Part shown: positions 1-13,775 of the stretch, one piece after another
Layout of the letters: each line of letters opens with the position of its first letter
Numbering within the stretch: the first letter of the stretch is position 1
DNA from: Octopus vulgaris
Lineage: Eukaryota
DNA length: 64,000 bases
Assembly (NCBI GenBank): GCA_951406725.2
Contig: OX597832.1
Span: 5,642,001 to 5,706,000, forward strand
Direction: 5' to 3'
Program-made: the position numbers and the translations under genes
The notes under the pieces: model-generated
Database searches by the model: none
What the model was told of the DNA's origin: nothing
What the model saw: the letters and a program-made list of their open reading frames with translations, nothing else

Positions 1-39
1 ATAAGGATACATTAGAGATAAAGTAGTCCTAGATTGGAA

Positions 40-240
40 TGAAATAAATGGGCACAGCTGTTTGGATGCTGAAGAATTTGGCACAGTTGATTAGACATTC
101 AGCCTGTTTCGGTGACAGCACATTTTGGCACTGGAGGCAAACAGAGAGAGAGAGAGAGAGAGAATCAAAATGTTTGCTGTCAGATAAGTGAGCGTTGAAT
201 CAGTGATGCCAAAACAGCTAGGCCAAAACGTCTCATACAC
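40..240. mobile_element. Degraded MITE-like element with imperfect inverted ends
   Basis: agctgtttgg near the left end versus ccaaaacagct near the right end, repeated gccaaaac submotifs and a central (GA)n. Confidence 0.35.
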
Positions 241-1235
241 ACCCTAGACATATCCCTTAAAAGACGAGATGTTCATACCTGAAATCATAGATTTATCATT
301 CAGGATTGACCAATAATAATAGAAATAGTGATCCATAAATAGAATTAGGAAGAGGTATGCAAAGATATAGCTATAGGTGTGCTAACAGAACTAATTATAA
401 ATATAGCGAAACATTAACTGACAAAAATTGCATGTTACAAAAACTAAGAGATGAAATCCACAAAAGATTATCTCAAGTTGAGAACACTTTTATTATTGAA
501 ATCAAACATCTATGAGAGACCTCTGTAAAATGTCAGATCATCAGAAAACAATGTAAAAACATATCCAGTCTATTAGATATATATCAAAGTATGCATAAGT
601 TCATCAATCAGAGCAACTAACTTCAAACTGTAAACTGCATGAAAGATAATGGTTAAGAATTATTGATATTTACTTAATGAGCTCGTTGTATTTATTTGGC
701 AATGAGTCCAAAAACAACACTAGAAGAATTTGTAGTCATATCATACAAAATATTTTCTTTTTCTTTTTAATAAAACTACATTAGAAAAACAGAGTTTATA
801 TTGATCAATAAATCAAAGGTTATTCATGAAATGTTATTATTGCATAACACAATTATTAAAGATTTACTTTAAGAGGGATAATCTTTTATTTTATAGTGGA
901 CCTTTGCAGGAGGAATTTAAAATAGGCAATAAAAAAAAAGATTTCCTGCTTTATTTTGGTTTCTGTTATTATTTTATTTGTTAATGTAGTTATGTGAGAG
1001 TTAAACATGTGAAGGCAGAACAACAGAATTTTTTTTTCTTTGTGAGTGTGCTTGATAGGACAAACTTACAAGGTATAGTTAAATTTTAAAATTAAGAGTA
1101 ATGTTGCAGATGGAATGATGCAATAAAAAAAATGATAAGTATGCAGATGTCATGCTGAATTAGCCCAGACCAGCTTAAAAGACTACAGATGATTTCATTT
1201 ATAATCTGTCTTGGTTTGAAACTTAAGATGCCTGA

Positions 1236-1630
1236 TTCATCATCATCATTTTAATATCCACTTTTCTATGTTTACATGGGTCTGATGGAATCTGTTGAGG
1301 CAGATTTTTGTACAGCCAGATGCCTTTCCTGTCATCAACCTTTACCTGTTTTCAAGCAAGGTAATATTTCCCCATAACCAGGCATGTTTCTCATAGAAGA
1401 CTAGAAATGAACAGCCTCCATTCGTATGATGATAATGCTCATTTACAAACATTACATGATGTTTAGACAAGGGTACACACACATACACACATGATGGGCT
1501 TCTTTCAGTTTCCATCTACTAAATCCACTCACAAGACTTTGGTCAGCCTGGGGTTATAATCGAAGACACTTGCCCAAGGTTTCATGCAGTGGGAATGCAA
1601 GTTTCTTAACCACACAGCCACACCTGTGCT
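1236..1630 (-). mobile_element. RTE-type 3' tail fragment plus CORE-type SINE fragment
   Basis: (CAT)n followed by the reverse complement of the RTE 3' tail. 1490-1630 matches the reverse complement of the SINE at 44263 (aaatccactcacaag...acacttgcccaagg). Confidence 0.7.
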
Positions 1631-2850
1631 TCGGAAATACTGGATTTTGACACAAGGCCAGCAATTTTGGAGGAGATGTTGAGGTTGATTACATCAATCC
1701 AAAAGCCTCAGAAATATTCAGAAAAAGAAATCTACTGTAAGCACTAAGCTTTCGCATTTCACTTTTAAGAGTCATGGAATGGAATCTAAATTCCTGCACC
1801 AAGAATTCATTTAGTGGTTTTTCCATAAACCATACAAATGTGACATAACAGAGTTATTAATTGATACAAAAATCTATTATTGTTTTGTTGCCAACATGGA
1901 CTGAACAAGCCTGAAAAATACAAAGAAAGTGAATAACTATTACCACAAGGTCCATCAACCCTTCTCTATAACCTCTCCAGCATCAATATTGTGAGTATGT
2001 GCAATCACAATAAAGACAGGCTGGTTACAACTAGAAATGCTGATCAATTGTTTAGCCCACTACTGCTAAGTATACTTTAAACAAAACTATCGTACAAGAA
2101 GAAGAGTACAAACAGAGCCAATACTCCTACTGTTTTCATCACTATTTTACTGACATTAATAATGTACACATTGATCCCTAAAACTATGGCAATATCAAAA
2201 TTAGACAGATCTTGAAATAAATAGCTATTTCAAAGTATTGATAATTTAAGTGTAAAGATTAACCAAGGTGATATTTTTGTATCCTTGAAGATATTGATGA
2301 TGGAGACAGTTTGATAAAACCAGTTAATCTAGCATGATTGTTCCACTTAAAAATCATTAGCATATCCTCAATACTACAACAATGATCAGCCACTTACAGC
2401 TCAGATAATATTGAATATATTGTGATGCTTATAATAAACTAAAGCAAATCAATTCCCATCCATAATTTCTATTCATGATAAAATACAGCCATCCTCATTA
2501 TTCTATCCATGACCTGTGTAATGTCTGATTTTCTACATTGACACTTTCCATTGTGTCTCCATCCTGCACTGATTCATTGGTAAGGCTCAACAATCTGATT
2601 ATTTCAACTAAGAATACATTATCCCTACATCATTTCTTTGCATCATCAGTCATCTTTACATCTTAACATAACAGTGCAAATCCAACTTGCTTCTCTCAAT
2701 CAATCCTCAGCAATCACTCTCTGCATTTTAATCTCCCAGTCCATCAAGCTTTTTACCCTTCATGTCTTTGTGTAGCAGTAATATAAAAGGGTTAATTCAA
2801 CTAACTATTGCTACACTCCTTGCAAAAACTACTACTACTACTACTACTAC

Positions 2851-3190
2851 ACTCGCCTCCTTATGAGAGCTCAAAATCTCTCGTGGAAGCGCCATCCAAC
2901 CAAAATGCAAATATATGGGAAACTACCATCTGTGTCATCTCTTGTGAAAGGTAGGAGAGTCCAGTTTGCTGGACATTGTTGTAGAGCTGAAAAGGAAGTA
3001 ATTTCTACTCTTCTCCTCTGGAAGCCATCTACTCGCAATACCAGAGGGCGCACACTCTCCTACCCTGATGTAATCTCCAGGGATACAGGCATCCAGCAAC
3101 AGGACCTCCGTAATGCCATGATGGACCGTGAAGTCTGGTGTAGCATGGTAAATTCCATTGTCTCGACCACGGTCGAACAATGATGATGAC
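2851..3190 (+). mobile_element. 5'-truncated RTE/RTEX-like LINE 3' end inside an (ACT)n microsatellite
   Basis: Open frame TRLLMRAQNLSWKRHPT...RRVQFAGHCCRA...LLLWKP...RGR...MMDREVW is a typical RTE-clade C-terminus. (TGA)n tail, with (ACT)n on both sides. Confidence 0.8.
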
Positions 3191-3221
3191 TACTACTACT
3201 ACTACTAATCATAATAATAAT

Positions 3222-4363
3222 AAAAACTTATCTCAAAACATGAAAACAAGAAAGCATCATACTCAGTAGCAAAACAGGCAAAGGAATATCTAAGTGAATT
3301 CCGAATACAACAAATTTTGGAATTAGACATACAAGAAACAAGCACAGAAAAAGCTAAGTGCATGAAAACCCATGCTAAAACTGCTGCCTTAGATATTCTG
3401 AATGATAAATGGCAAGAAAAACCTCTCAATGGCAAATACCCAAAGAGAGCGAATAATGCTGATGTTGACAAAGCCCTGACCAATCAATGGTCTCTGGCTT
3501 AAAATCTGAAACAGAAGGGTTTATCATAGCAGCTCAAGATCAATGCCTACCTACAAGGAACTACCAGGCCAACATATTAAAGAACGGCAGTAGCCCAACA
3601 TGTCATGTATGTCAACAACAAAATGAAACCATTGATCATTTAGCACAGTTGATTAGACATTCAACCTGTCTCCAAGTGCAGTCTTCTTGCGCCTACAGAG
3701 TATCTCAACAGGCATGATAGAGCTGCTCAGTATATTCACTGGGTAATTTGCAAAAGCCTGGACTTGCCCCATGATAAAAACAGGTGGAAACACAAACCAC
3801 CCCCAGTGCTTGAAAATGATCACATCTCACTCCTCTGGAACTTCACCATTCAAACTGACAGAAAGATAGATGCGAATAGGCCAGACATCATATTGAAAGA
3901 CTTCAGACAAAAATCATGCCTCCTCATTGATATGAGTGTCCCAATCGATATAAACGTATCTGTCAAGACCTACCAAAAACTGAGCAAATATAAAGATCTC
4001 GAAATAGAAATTAGCAAAATGTGGAACCCGAAGACTAAAACAATACCTGTTGTCATAGGTGTGCTGGGGCTGATTGTTAAATAGTGCAGATAACAGGAAA
4101 CCCCAAAATGGCAGAAATTCAAAAGATAGTGCTCATGGGAACTGCTCATATCCTACGCAAAATACTTTCTATGTAATCTCAAGTTTTAAAACAAACATAA
4201 TTTTCTTATGGTTTCTTAAACATTCACTAGTACAACACTAAGTACAAAATCAAATATATGGCACCCTAGGCATAACACCAGCATGAACTTCCAACTTGTC
4301 TCTTGAGGTTTCTGGGTGAGACTTGGAGCCAACTTGACAAATGTAAAGCAAAAGTCAAAAATA

Positions 4364-4366
<3 letters not shown>
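3222..4366 (+). mobile_element. 5'-truncated R4/Dong-clade non-LTR retrotransposon (restriction-like endonuclease type), pseudogenised
   Basis: GLKSETEGFIIAAQDQ, CCHC knuckle CHVC..ETIDH..SKC, RHD, LLWNF..TD..I.ANRPDI..ID.SVP..K..KY.DL RLE motifs across ORFs 3317-4084. Flanked by (AAT)n on both sides (3211-3221 and 4366-4409), consistent with Dong targeting TAA repeats. Confidence 0.88.
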
Positions 4367-4409
<43 letters not shown>

Positions 4410-4410
<1 letters not shown>

Positions 4411-4835
4411 GCTCAACTGGTACTTATGTCATCAATCCTGAAAGGATAAAAAGCAAAGCTGACCTCAGTGGAACTTGAATTCAGAACATAGAAACAGATG
4501 AAATGCCACTAAACTTCTTGTCTGGTGTGATAATGATTCTGCAAGTTCACTGCCTTAATAATGATAATAATAACAACATTTCAAATTTTGGTACAAGGCC
4601 AGCAATTTTGAAGGTGGTGGGTAAGTCCAACCCATGCCAGCATGGAAAGCGGACGCTAAACGATGATGATGATGATGATGATCCCAGTGATGTGATTAAC
4701 TGGTACTTATTTTACTGACCCCCGAAAGGATGAAAGGCAATGTTGACCTCGGCAGAATTTGAACTCAGAACGTAACAATGGATGAAATGCTGCTAAGCAT
4801 TTTACCTAACGATTCTACCAGCTCACCACCTTAAT
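4410..4835 (-). mobile_element. Two tandem copies of a tRNA-derived SINE with a Meta-type central domain
   Basis: Reverse complement of ggcgagctggcagaa...gagttcaaattc...gcctttcatcctttcggggtcgataaa..agtaccag (intact copy at 19547-19776). The second copy is interrupted by an RTE tail stub at 4627-4682. Confidence 0.8.
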
Positions 4836-5094
4836 AACAACAAAATAATTATCATTACAATCATTAATTTCTTTATTATTATTATTATTATTATTATCAT
4901 TATTATTGCTATTATTATTATTATGATGATCATCTTCATCATCACTGTCATTATTATTATTTTATGATTGCAATCAGGACTAGAGAAGTTTTTGGCAAGC
5001 AAACTCCTTGTCAATTTTCAATTCATTTCACATTAAAAAGTACTATATTATTAAAATCATTATTATAATAGTGGGTGCTATAATGAGTTGATAA

Positions 5095-7720
5095 ATATCA
5101 TCATTATTACTTAACATCTGTTTTCTATGCTGGCATGAGTTAGACAGTTTGGCCAGAGCTGGTAAGCCAAAATATGGTAGGGGGATAGAAATAGTTACTT
5201 GGCTGCCCTAGTAGGACAAGGAAGGAGAGGGAAGTTAGGAGAGAGTTAGGGGAACAGTCAGAGAGAGAGAGAGAGAGAGAGATGGTGTAGGGGTGTACTG
5301 GGGGGGGTAACTAATGCAGAGGGAACAGAGAGAGATGTTCCATGAGAGTATGAGGGGATATGTTTAGGGATGGGGAAGTCATGACTGTAACAAATGATAG
5401 TGAGGGAAATTGGAGCAGTTGGGGAGTAGGGAAGATAAGTGAGAGCATAGGGAGTGTGTGGATAGATTGTGAGGGGTCTGCAACAGGTGAGATGCCTGCT
5501 GGGAGTTTGACAGCAGTCAGGTAATATGGGGGGGGTGGCATGACTGAAAAGGACACACAAGACCAAAAAGGACAGCAAATCAACAGAAGCCTTGGTCCCT
5601 AGTCATCTCCTCTGTAAGGCTCAACAGCTGAAGATCATATTTCACCACCTCATCCTATGTCTACCTGGGTCTACACTTTCCACAGTTGTCCTCATCCATA
5701 CACATCACATGACCATACCAGCACAGTCTTCTCTCTTGCAAATTACATCTGATGCCTCTTATACCCAATTTTTCTCTTAAAACATACTGTGTCACACATG
5801 CACACAGACAATACACATCCAGAGGAACATGCCGAGTTAATTTCTTTTAAGCCTTCATGTGTCCTTTGCAGTCACAGCCCAAGTTTCACTGCCATGTAGC
5901 GTGGCTGTTCATACACAGGCATCATGCAATCTGCCTTTCACTCTGAGGGAGAGGCCTTTGTTACCAACAAAAGTTGAAGCTCTCTGAACTTGGCCCAGCT
6001 GTGCTCTCAGAGAAACCTCCTCCACTGATGACTTGGTCACCTACTTAATGGAAGCTATCTACTACTTCTAAGTATCTCCCAGGACATTTGAGGAAGTCTA
6101 TTTTCTGTATATTCCTAGTTTTCATTGTACCAGCACATCTGCCACACACAAAGACTACTTTCTCTGTTAACCTTCCTATGATACCTTGGTACTTCTTGTG
6201 TCCATAACTTGCACTGCGTACACCTTATGGAGTTTCTAACTACACCTTTTCAAGCAGGACCATCTCCCTGAAGGGATTTGTGATTTGTCTTGTTTTCTTA
6301 CTTGCTAGGACTTTAGTCTTTGTAAAATTAACTTTTAGGCCCTTTGATTCCACATTTTGCTTTCAAACCTGAAACTTTTTCTCCAGTTCTGGTGGTGATT
6401 CGGCTATATGAACAAGGTCATCAGCAAAGAGGAACTCCTAAGAGCATTCTATCCTGGAGGACTATGATGAACTGGAGGGAGCTGAGAACCAATCCTTGGT
6501 GAACTCCTACCTGTACACTAAATTCGTTGCTATACTTGTTGCTAACTTACACCATACTGACAGCATCCCTGTACATGGCTTGTGGAAGCACTCCGTCGGT
6601 TACAACGACGAGGGTTCTGGTTGATCCGAATCAACGGAACAGCCTGCTCGTGAAATTAACGTGTAAGTGGCTGAGCACTCCACAGACACGTGTACCCTTA
6701 ACGTAGTTCTCGGGGATATTCAGCGTGACACAGAGAGTGACAAGGCCGGCCCTTTGAAATACAGGTACAACAGAAACAGGAAGTAAGAGAAAGTTGTGGT
6801 GAAAGAGTACAGCAGGGATCACCACTATCCCCTGCTGGAGCCTCGTGGAGCTTTAGGTGTTTTCGCTCAATAAACACTCACAACGCCCGGTCTGGGAATC
6901 GAAACCGCGATCCTATGACCGCGAGTCCGCTGCCCTAACCACTGGGCCATTGCACCTCCACTGGCTTGTCTAGCTCTCATCAGTCACTCATCTCTCCTTA
7001 GCTTCCACATTATCTACCTGATAAAGGAGCAGTGAACCATGTCAAAGACTTTTCCATGTCTACAAAAACCAAGTACAGAGATTTATTTTTGATACTTCAG
7101 TAATTACTTCTGTCTAAGGCATCACCTTTACCTTTGTAACAGTTGACTATAATGCTGCAACACATCATTAGGTATGACTCCTTTGTGGCCAACCTGATTA
7201 ACTATACAGGTGACTAGACCATATCCTAACTCCACTGGATATTTTATGCATCTTAGTAGTGATTCCTGATGGGCTAAGGGCTTTCCCTGGCTATATATCC
7301 CTAACTGCTTTATCTAAAAAGCTCCTGTCAATTCGGATACCTGGTCTCTCTGATGGGTCCACGTTAGGCAGACTCTCCATCACACATGCATTCTCTATAT
7401 TTTACAGCCTTTCACAGTGGCACTTCCAAGCCTCTTTCTTTGAAGAATCACTATCTGCAAGTGAACCCTCGTCTATGCAAATGCACTTCTCACCCACAAC
7501 ATTGCATTTCTCTCTGACACACTGTCTTGTAATCCAGAACACCTCAAGCCTTCAGTCTTCATACCACAGAGCATTGGCAACCTTCTCTAGCTACACATAC
7601 CTGTCTTCAAGCTTCCCTTCAGGCTATCTGGTATAGTTCTCTGCTACCACCACTCTTCCAGTCCTTCCATGTTTATTTCTTTGCTCTAGTGGTCCTATCT
7701 ACTACACTGTTTCACTATCA
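5095..7720 (-). mobile_element. Degraded RTE-clade LINE (linker, RT domain, 3' UTR)
   Basis: Minus-strand peptides: WKDWKSGGSRELYQIA and VVGEKC..KKEAWK..PGKA.SPSGI (7250-7670), VFVDMEK.FD (~7040-7070), QAMYRDAVS (~6557-6583), VGVHQG.VLS (~6480-6510), LFADDLV (~6411-6431). Many stops and frameshifts. Confidence 0.85.
6584..6961 (-). mobile_element. Young full-length tRNA-derived SINE inserted in the RTE RT domain
   Basis: Minus-strand head ggaggtgcaatggcccagtggttagggcagcggactcgcggtc...ggtttcgattccc contains A and B boxes. 8-bp TSD TGGCTTGT at 6576-6583 and 6962-6969. CpGs mostly retained. Second copy at 62212-62590. Confidence 0.9.
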
Positions 7721-9336
7721 AAACCAATTGAATTGTTAAAGTATCAGTCAAGTATCAAGATAAATATACTTGACTACTCAATATGGATGTGTGTGTGTGC
7801 GTGCGTGTGGGGGATATTTGTTGTGGTTCTTCATGTTCTAAATTCAAATCCTGCTAAGGTCAGCATTACCTTCATCCTTCAGGGATCAGTGAAATACAGT
7901 ACTAACCAGTCCAGTACTAGGGTTGATATAATCAACTACTGCACATCTCACTAATTTCTGAGACTCCTGTAAGAAATTAAGATGGTGCAGTGTTTAGTTA
8001 TGCTATATTACATTCTGAGTTCAAATCTCAATGAGAACAACTTATTCATCCCTCTAGGGTGGACAAAATAATACCAGTCAAGTATTGGAGTCAGTATAAT
8101 CAACTATTCCCCTCCCCTTAAATTACAGAACTTGCACCTAGTCAGAAACAATCAAAATTATTTAACAATTAGTGAATGATGTAGTATTAGGTTCTAAATG
8201 GATGGATTCTTAAGTTTCAATTTCCAGTTGTAACCACTTGATCTTATTCCACATATAGGAAAAGCATGAAAATCTATTATTTCTACTCCTACACCAAGCA
8301 AAAGCTCCATGCCTAATTAAGATCTCATTATTATTCCTTTAGTTGTTGTTGATTCTTACATTGTAAATCAAATTAAGCAGCTCTCTTCATCTCTTTTCCA
8401 GAAATATCCTCTGTCTGTGACAGAAAAAAAACACACACATACTGTTACAACTAATTTGATGGCAAGCCAACTAACAATATCAGAAATAGCTCATTAATTA
8501 AATAAGGCTTCCTTTAGAAGAGATATCATTCACAGTGTAAGGAAATAAACAATGTGAAATATTCAATTCAAGTTTCAATCCTTAGTTTGTGCAATTATTA
8601 TGAAGAAGTGGGATGTTGATAGCAAACGATAAGCACAAATGACATCCTATTCATTCAATTTACTGATTCAACCACGCATATAAAGCTAATTATAATAGAA
8701 TGCATATACACATATGCATGCACATGCAAGCATTGGATGTAACTCTCAAACCCACAAAAATAAAATAGAACTGTTGTTACCTTTTAAGAATACAGATTCT
8801 TATAGAAAGTGTATTCTTAATAGAATGTAGTTATATGTTTCAAATTCTAATAAGATTACATAACACAACATTGAGTCCCATAAAGCATTGGATTGTTCGA
8901 ACACTAGTGAAGGCTATGTTTTTATGGAATGTGTATATTGTGAATTATCATAATAGATTCCATGTCTCAAGCTATATGATTCAGCAGTTGTTGACTATGC
9001 AGACCTCATGCAACATATATCAAATAGTGTTACTTATTTACAATACCCATATATAACTAACCCTAATTATAACCGAACCAATAAGAGATTAATTTTGCTT
9101 GCCAGTGTACCCAGTGTACGATATATTAACCATGAAATATTAAGTCAAAAGTTTGATATCCTAGTAGTTAGGCCAGTTAGGTTGGTTTAATTCCATTTTA
9201 GCCCAATAATCAAAGAAGGAAATTGCTCATTACAGGTAAGGAAGAAATGAGATGGTTGATCAGGAGTTGTAAGATTTGTGATCTCTGCCACAGGTTTTTT
9301 CACTTTTATAGTACTTGTAACCTGAATGCTAAAGAG

Positions 9337-9556
9337 TTAACTCTTTAGCATTCAGATTACTAAGTGAAGTGTAATACTAATTTATTGTTTAAAATAATCA
9401 TACATTATCTCTAGGTTCAAAATTTTGATAAGGTGACTTTTATTTTTGAGAATGACATTGTAGGATAAGTATAAGAGGCCAGATCTGATTGGTTTGAACA
9501 TAGAATCAGTAGAATATTTGGGCCAGACACAGCTGGTTTGAATGTCAAAAGGTTAA
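9337..9556. mobile_element. piggyBac-type TTAA MITE, family A
   Basis: ttaactctttagcattcag...aatgtcaaaaggttaa ends. Related copies at ~26677-26870, 31500-31722, 35160-35382 and 59635-59833. Confidence 0.75.
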
Positions 9557-11508
9557 TGATAATGAAACAGATTTGAGTTGAGTCCAAACCTAAACACATG
9601 TGACATGTACAAAACATATTCATATTCTACTAGATACATACTCTTTCGTTAAGTATATCTATTGTCATTATGTCTATTCTGAATGTAGCTTACTATCTTA
9701 GTGTCCCGTAGAAGGAGTGGGTGGAAACACTAAGGTTGTTTATCTTTACAATACTTCCTCCGAAAGACACGAAACCTAAATATTTAGAGAAGGTGTAAAT
9801 GGAAACTGTAATGGAAGTGAATTGAAAAAAAAACTTCAAACCAGAATTGAAAGTAGATTACAGATTTGGTTGCCGAGAACTTATCTACTTCCATTTTACA
9901 TGACAACAAAATGTATGTAAACTGTTGAAGATGAAAGAAGATAATGAGTTTAAAAATATAAACCTGCTATTAACTAGTTACTACTAAAATTCTAAAATAA
10001 GATTTTCTGATTTTAACAAATAAAAAAGTAAGTATATTTCTAGAATTTTGTATTAGCTATTGAGTTAGACTTTACTTATCAGATTTCTGACATTCAGACT
10101 ATCATTTCAACAAACCATAAATGCTCTTTGGGAAGTCCTGCCTTTAAAATCAATAAATTTAATTTACTTTCATAAACTGTTACGAAGCAGATATAAAAAC
10201 TGACAATTCTTTTTTTTTTTGTTTGTTTGTTTGTTTTTGTTTTAATATAAATTACTTTTTACAAGTAACAGATAATGTATTCTGTGACGTTAATGCATTT
10301 CCAAAGGATATACATGACTTCAACGAAGTGAAATAAAATGTTTTTAAGGAAAAATTCTAGCTTATAAAATCAACTTGCAAGAAAATTAGCTTCGTGCTGA
10401 CAATGCATACAGATATCTCCTGTTGGCACAAGAACTTGAATTAGCAAGGGATGTGTATAATAAACAAAATCACTTCTGATTCTAAAAAGGTCTAAACACA
10501 TAATGCAAAGAGGTACAGACATAGCTATGTGGTTAAGAAGTTCACTCTGCAACCATGTGATTCTAAGCTTGACTTTTATTGTGTGATAACTTGAATTGAT
10601 TCTACTGTAGCTCCAGGTTGATCAATGTTTTATAAATGGAATTTAGTAGACAGAAACTGTGTGAAATCCTAAATATATGTCCATTTCAGGGTTTTATGTT
10701 TATACTGGTTCACCAGTGTTGTATTTATGCTGTGCCTCTTCATATCTGTAATTTAGAAATTTGACAAATAAATATTAAAAAAACAAGTATTAAACTAGAA
10801 TAGATACTGAGTTCAACTGAAATTGTTGACATGAAAAGAAAGAAACTAAATATTGCTTGGTGTTAGTCTGACAATGTATTGTTTCAGTTACTCCATAGCA
10901 ACAAACAATAACAAGTCAAAATAATAGTCTTCACAGAAATAAAGATTTTTTTCCTTTATGATCTCTGTTTTTCAGGTTTACTAAATGATTTTTTTCCCCA
11001 AAAAGAAATTCAACTCAGAAACAAGAAAGGACAAACAGGGAAAATTAGTTTATTCATTCAACTTTTTCACTAGTGACTACACAAGACTGATTCTTATACA
11101 AAACCTAATATTTTGAAGTAATCATATGCAAATTAAAAACCTCCCATCATAACTTTATGCAAGCAGAATGCATCCAGTTCTCACTGGGAGACATATTTAA
11201 GCAGCACCAAAGCTGATTTGTTTTTTAGCTCTATGAGTCTGTGCATGATGATGCAGATTGTAACAAGTGGCAACCCATCCAACCCATACATGAAGGACAA
11301 AAATGAATGCAAAATGATGAACCTTTTGATATTTTACAAACATAAATGTAATAAAAGAAAAACGTCACTTTACTAATCATTATCATCATTATTAATGTCA
11401 TTTTTAAATTTGCTTTATCTCTGCTGGTATGGATTAGACAAAACTTTATCCAGGCAGTCTTCTACAGAAGAGTGTTCTTCCTGATGCCAACCCTTATTTG
11501 TTCTCGAC

Positions 11509-11769
11509 CAGTGGTTCCCAACCAAGGTCCATGTGGCCCTTGGGGGTCCCTATAAGATTTTGTTCTTTAAAATTTCTGTGCATTGAATTATTTAAACTTC
11601 TACAACACACAAAATATTTTTTTTTTGCAATTGCTCACAAAACTTAATTATAAAAAAAAAAAAATACAGTATTTTTTTAATATATGCATTGAATGGCTAT
11701 GGAGGTCCAGTAGAATAAAACAGGAATCAAAGGGGTCCATAAGCAAAAAAAAATGGTTGAGAACCACTA
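11509..11769. mobile_element. hAT (Charlie-type) MITE
   Basis: TIRs cagtggttcccaacc / ggttgagaaccacta. Degenerate 8-bp TSD ttctcgac / ctctagac fits the NTCTAGAN target preference. Internal ggggtcc subterminal motifs. Confidence 0.8.
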
Positions 11770-13559
11770 CTCTAGACAAAAGATTTATTCCTTCGGCTTT
11801 TTGAATAATGATCAGCACAGTGGCTGGATATGATTTTTACAATATACATAAACACTGTTATCACTTAAAACAGTGATGTTGTTTTATGCTATAAGTGTAT
11901 AAACAATAAATAAATACACATGTATATGTCAAACTTCTGTACTGTTTCTCACAACCAATTTCATCCACAAGGCATTGGTTAGCCATAGGCTATAGTGAAA
12001 GACACTTCTTACACTGCCATAGTGTGAATGAATTCAGACCATGTGGTTCTAAGATAAACTTCTCAGCTACACAGTCATGCTTTTTCCTTCAAAATTTTAG
12101 ATTATTTTCAAAATTAATTGAAACATTAGAAAATGCATTTTATTAGAAGTAATAAATGAGCTTACCATATAGGTATATTTTACTGTACATTTCACATCAC
12201 TTCAATGTCTAGTTTATTGTTTCCACATATAAATACACTAACCCTTTACCTTATTAACCTCTTATTAACCGGGAGAGTCATTCCATGCACTGAATATTTG
12301 CTACACTTTTGCATTTCATATGAGCTCTTTCCATACAAAAGAGAAGCAGTTGTAATTTACAGGAAAGAAATGTAATTTGATAACACACAATCTGTTATCA
12401 ATTGACATTTCAGATGCTCTCAGTTAACTCTGATTTGTTGCAACTAAAACTTAACTATTGGATTCCTGCCTGCCTCTAAAAATAAAAAAAAAAGCATATG
12501 TAATGCATCATAAGTGATAATTATTTCAAGTCAAAGTTATTCATTTGTTTGTGTCAATCAATGTTTTTTTTTAAAATTTTATTTTCATATTATACTGACT
12601 TGAACAACTTATTAAAATGAAAGTTGGGTATAAATTGACTGAAGGTTTTATGAGATAATTAATTTAAATAGAATCATTTGAATTTAACAAATATTTCAGT
12701 TTATTATCAAGCAACTTCCAACAAGATAGCATCTTTCAGATAATGGATGCTTTTCAAAAATTTTGCTGCTGACTTCAATGAAAAGGAACTTATAATTTCA
12801 CTGAAACCTTATCTATCTTAAACTTTGCAAACTTAGCCTTTTCATCACTAATAGTCACTAAAGCCTCCTGATCATGACCACCACCACTTCCACTGATATC
12901 AATTTGACAAGTGTAGCTAGCTAGATGTAACCATAACAACAGCAGATGTTGTTTAACCACAGGACAACTCTGATTGAGCAGACATATGATCAAAAACGTT
13001 TCACTTGCAATCTTCTCATTCTTTTTTTTTATTTTTCAATATATACTACCTATAGTGTATAGCTAGTATATTGTATAGTCCAAGGTCAAGCATAATTAAA
13101 CAGATCAATGAGCATTCCAACCATAACCATCTTGTCTTTTTTTTTTCGTTTGTTTCTAATCTAGTATGTCTAGAACTAAATCATCATTTAATATGTCTTT
13201 CTTTTGTCAAGACTACAGGGTTTGATATTAGGAAGATCTTGCTGCTATTATTAGCAAGTCTAGCAACCATATGTAGGATCCTTCACTAATTCAAGCAGCA
13301 AATATAGTTCTTAGATATGAACAACAGAGCAAGAATAGCTGGAGCAGAAAAGGTAAAGACATGAGATACCTTTGCTAGTGTAAGCACTTATGCTAACATT
13401 TTCCAAATGCAATTTGGGCAGTCTGGTCACCCCACATACACAAAAGAATAAAGAAACACCTATACAGGTATTTTTGATGGAGTGGTATTTAATTATGACC
13501 ATTCTCTGAAATATCAAACAAAGATACACAAAACAAGAGTCAAAATCAACAACCTGAAA

Positions 13560-13775
13560 CATTATTGGTTTCAAATTTTGGCACAAGGCCAGCAATTTTG
13601 GAGCTGGGGGTAAGTCAATTAGATTGACTCCAGTGTTCAACTAGTACTTATTTTATCGACTCCAGAAGGATAAGAGCAAAGTCAACCTCAGCAAAATTTG
13701 AACTCAATGTAAAAACATGAAGTACCTCTAAGTATTTTGCCCAGTGTGCTAACGATTCTGCCAGCTCACCGCCAT
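13560..13775 (-). mobile_element. Meta-domain tRNA SINE copy
   Basis: Reverse-complement match to the 19547-19776 / 41327-41550 family, ending ctgccagctcaccgcc. Confidence 0.8.

Noticed and set aside
6885-6960. tRNA gene-like sequence (also the SINE heads at 19547, 44263 and 62515-62587)
   Set aside because: tRNA-derived SINE heads: followed by SINE bodies, multi-copy, with TSDs in several cases and no complete acceptor stem.
10390-10479. + strand frame LRADNAYRYLLLAQELELARDVYNKQNHF
   Set aside because: Short, weak acceptor, no partner exons or recognisable homology.
12790-12993. Minus-strand ORF with protein-like stretch GSGGGHDQEALVTISDEKAKFAKFKIDKV
   Set aside because: No recognisable family and no convincing splice sites. 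Its 5' part overlaps a degraded repeat.
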